The notes under the pieces are model-generated. The model had not been told where the DNA came from. It did not search any database and saw only the letters and a list, made by a program, of their open reading frames with translations. This document shows, piece after piece, positions 63,140 to 64,000 of a DNA stretch of 64,000 nt; the stretch's first letter is position 1, and each line of letters begins with the position of its first letter. This DNA is from Myxococcales bacterium (GTDB taxonomy: Bacteria; Myxococcota; UBA727; JABDBI01): NCBI GenBank assembly GCA_947445025.1, contig CANFCB010000002.1:18802-82801 (forward strand), in the 5' to 3' direction. The position numbers were made by a program, and so were the translations under genes.

Positions 63140-64000
63140 CTATTGATTCACTTTTAGCAAGCGCGCGACTCTGGTTAACAAGGTTCCTTGGATGAGCACT
63201 GAGGTTAAGACAATGAAGAAAACAATGTTGAAAATAATATTAGCTTGGGGAATTTGAGCAATTAAAGGAAACGTTGCTAAAATTATGGGGACGGCGCCTC
63301 GAAGTCCTGTCCAGGCCACCATGGTTTTCTCTCTGAAAGAAAGGACTGACAATGAAAGGACAGAGTAGACTGCCACTGGTCGTGCGATGATCATTAAAAA
63401 AGCGGCAACTAAGATGCCAACGAGGAACACTGAAGGCAGTTGTGAGGGGAAAATTTGTAATCCCAAAATTAAAAACATGATGATTTGCATGAGCCAAGCA
63501 AAGCCATCATGAAAGCGATATAAATTTGTTTTGTGATTAAAGTTTGCTTTTGCCATCATGAGGCCAGTTAAATAAATCGCTAAAAATCCACTACCATCGA
63601 GAGATGAGGAAATGCCGTAAGTTAGTAAGAGCAAAGCAACATTTAAAACAGGATATAGTCCGCTGTATTCTAGTTTAAGTTTATTAAAAATATAGGGAAT
63701 GAATTTTCCCATACTAAATCCTACCAAAAGACCCACGACCAATTGTAAAAAAAACATTAGCAGCAAGTCAAAACCGGAAAGATTTTGTGTGAGTATCAAT
63801 TCAATGCAGGCCAGCGTTAGAAAAATCGACATGGGATCGTTGCTGCCAGATTCAAATTCAATCAAGGTTTTAAGATGCGGATTCATAGCTACTTGTTTTG
63901 AACGCAAAACAGAAAAGACTGCTGAAGCATCTGTGGACGAGACGATCGCGCCTAACAGCAAGCTATGAATGAACGGCATGGGGATTATATAATAAGCAAA
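63140..64000 (-). CDS. CPA1-family K+(Na+)/H+ antiporter (NhaP2/CvrA-like), 5' end outside the window
   Basis: LLLGAIVSSTDASAVFSVLR and LIEFESGSNDPMSIFLT are present. The frame remains open upstream of the track's Met to position 64000. The protein ends right after the TM domain, with no RCK_C domain. Confidence 0.85.
   Translation of the reverse strand, partial: FAYYIIPMPFIHSLLLGAIVSSTDASAVFSVLRSKQVAMNPHLKTLIEFESGSNDPMSIFLTLACIELILTQNLSGFDLLLMFFLQLVVGLLVGFSMGKFIPYIFNKLKLEYSGLYPVLNVALLLLTYGISSSLDGSGFLAIYLTGLMMAKANFNHKTNLYRFHDGFAWLMQIIMFLILGLQIFPSQLPSVFLVGILVAAFLMIIARPVAVYSVLSLSVLSFREKTMVAWTGLRGAVPIILATFPLIAQIPQANIIFNIVFFIVLTSVLIQGTLLTRVARLLKVNQ

Noticed and set aside
1-64000. I searched for tRNA, rRNA, CRISPR arrays, transposases/integrases, reverse transcriptases and toxin-antitoxin pairs.
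   Set aside because: I found no cloverleaf-like GTTCGAATC-type T-arms in intergenic DNA. I found no regularly spaced direct repeats other than the in-gene 21-bp repeat. No ORF carries DDE, tyrosine-recombinase or RT motifs. This is a by-eye scan, and tRNAscan or Infernal should confirm it.

Overview
This is a gene-dense 64-kb chromosomal segment with about 60 CDS. Many genes have 1-4 nt start/stop overlaps, and several convergent genes overlap at their 3' ends. GC looks like roughly 40% by eye; I did not compute it. The host is a diderm bacterium. The gene content includes TamB+BamA, PilD/N/O/P/Q, a tetrahaem cytochrome, a eukaryote-like Ser/Thr kinase, SycD/LcrH-type T3SS chaperones and an H1-like lysine-rich protein. 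That mix suggests a Bdellovibrionota/Oligoflexia- or deltaproteobacterium-like, possibly host- or prey-associated organism, but the lineage cannot be fixed from sequence alone. Housekeeping genes are gatCA, pckA, folE, holB, efp, gcvTH, folD, guaA, htrA, slt and mrp. I found no rRNA, tRNA, CRISPR array, transposase or integrase.

The regions I consider most worth follow-up are:
1. A stand-alone nuoJ-K-L-M-N-like operon (8.7-13.7 kb) in which the canonical proton-translocation residues appear to be substituted.
2. A non-flagellar T3SS-type locus (34.7-39.3 kb). It has an orphan SctU/FlhB switch protein and two class-II TPR chaperones bracketing two secreted-substrate-like genes. The C-termini of those two genes resemble the needle-protein SctF motif.
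3. A co-directional gene string (43.7-54.7 kb). It contains a GluR0-like ligand-gated channel, a 1604-aa fusion (aldehyde dehydrogenase, aminotransferase, GNAT, pseudo-aminotransferase), a C45 acyltransferase/hydrolase and a further aminotransferase.
4. An ArsR-SulP-beta-CA-TerC operon (57.8-61.4 kb) carrying one frameshift and two in-frame stop codons. It lies next to an intact SulP-STAS-CA fusion and duplicates a TerC gene located 40 kb away.
5. A pilQ that stops right after its N0 domain.

All homology calls come from motif recognition by eye. No database search was run.
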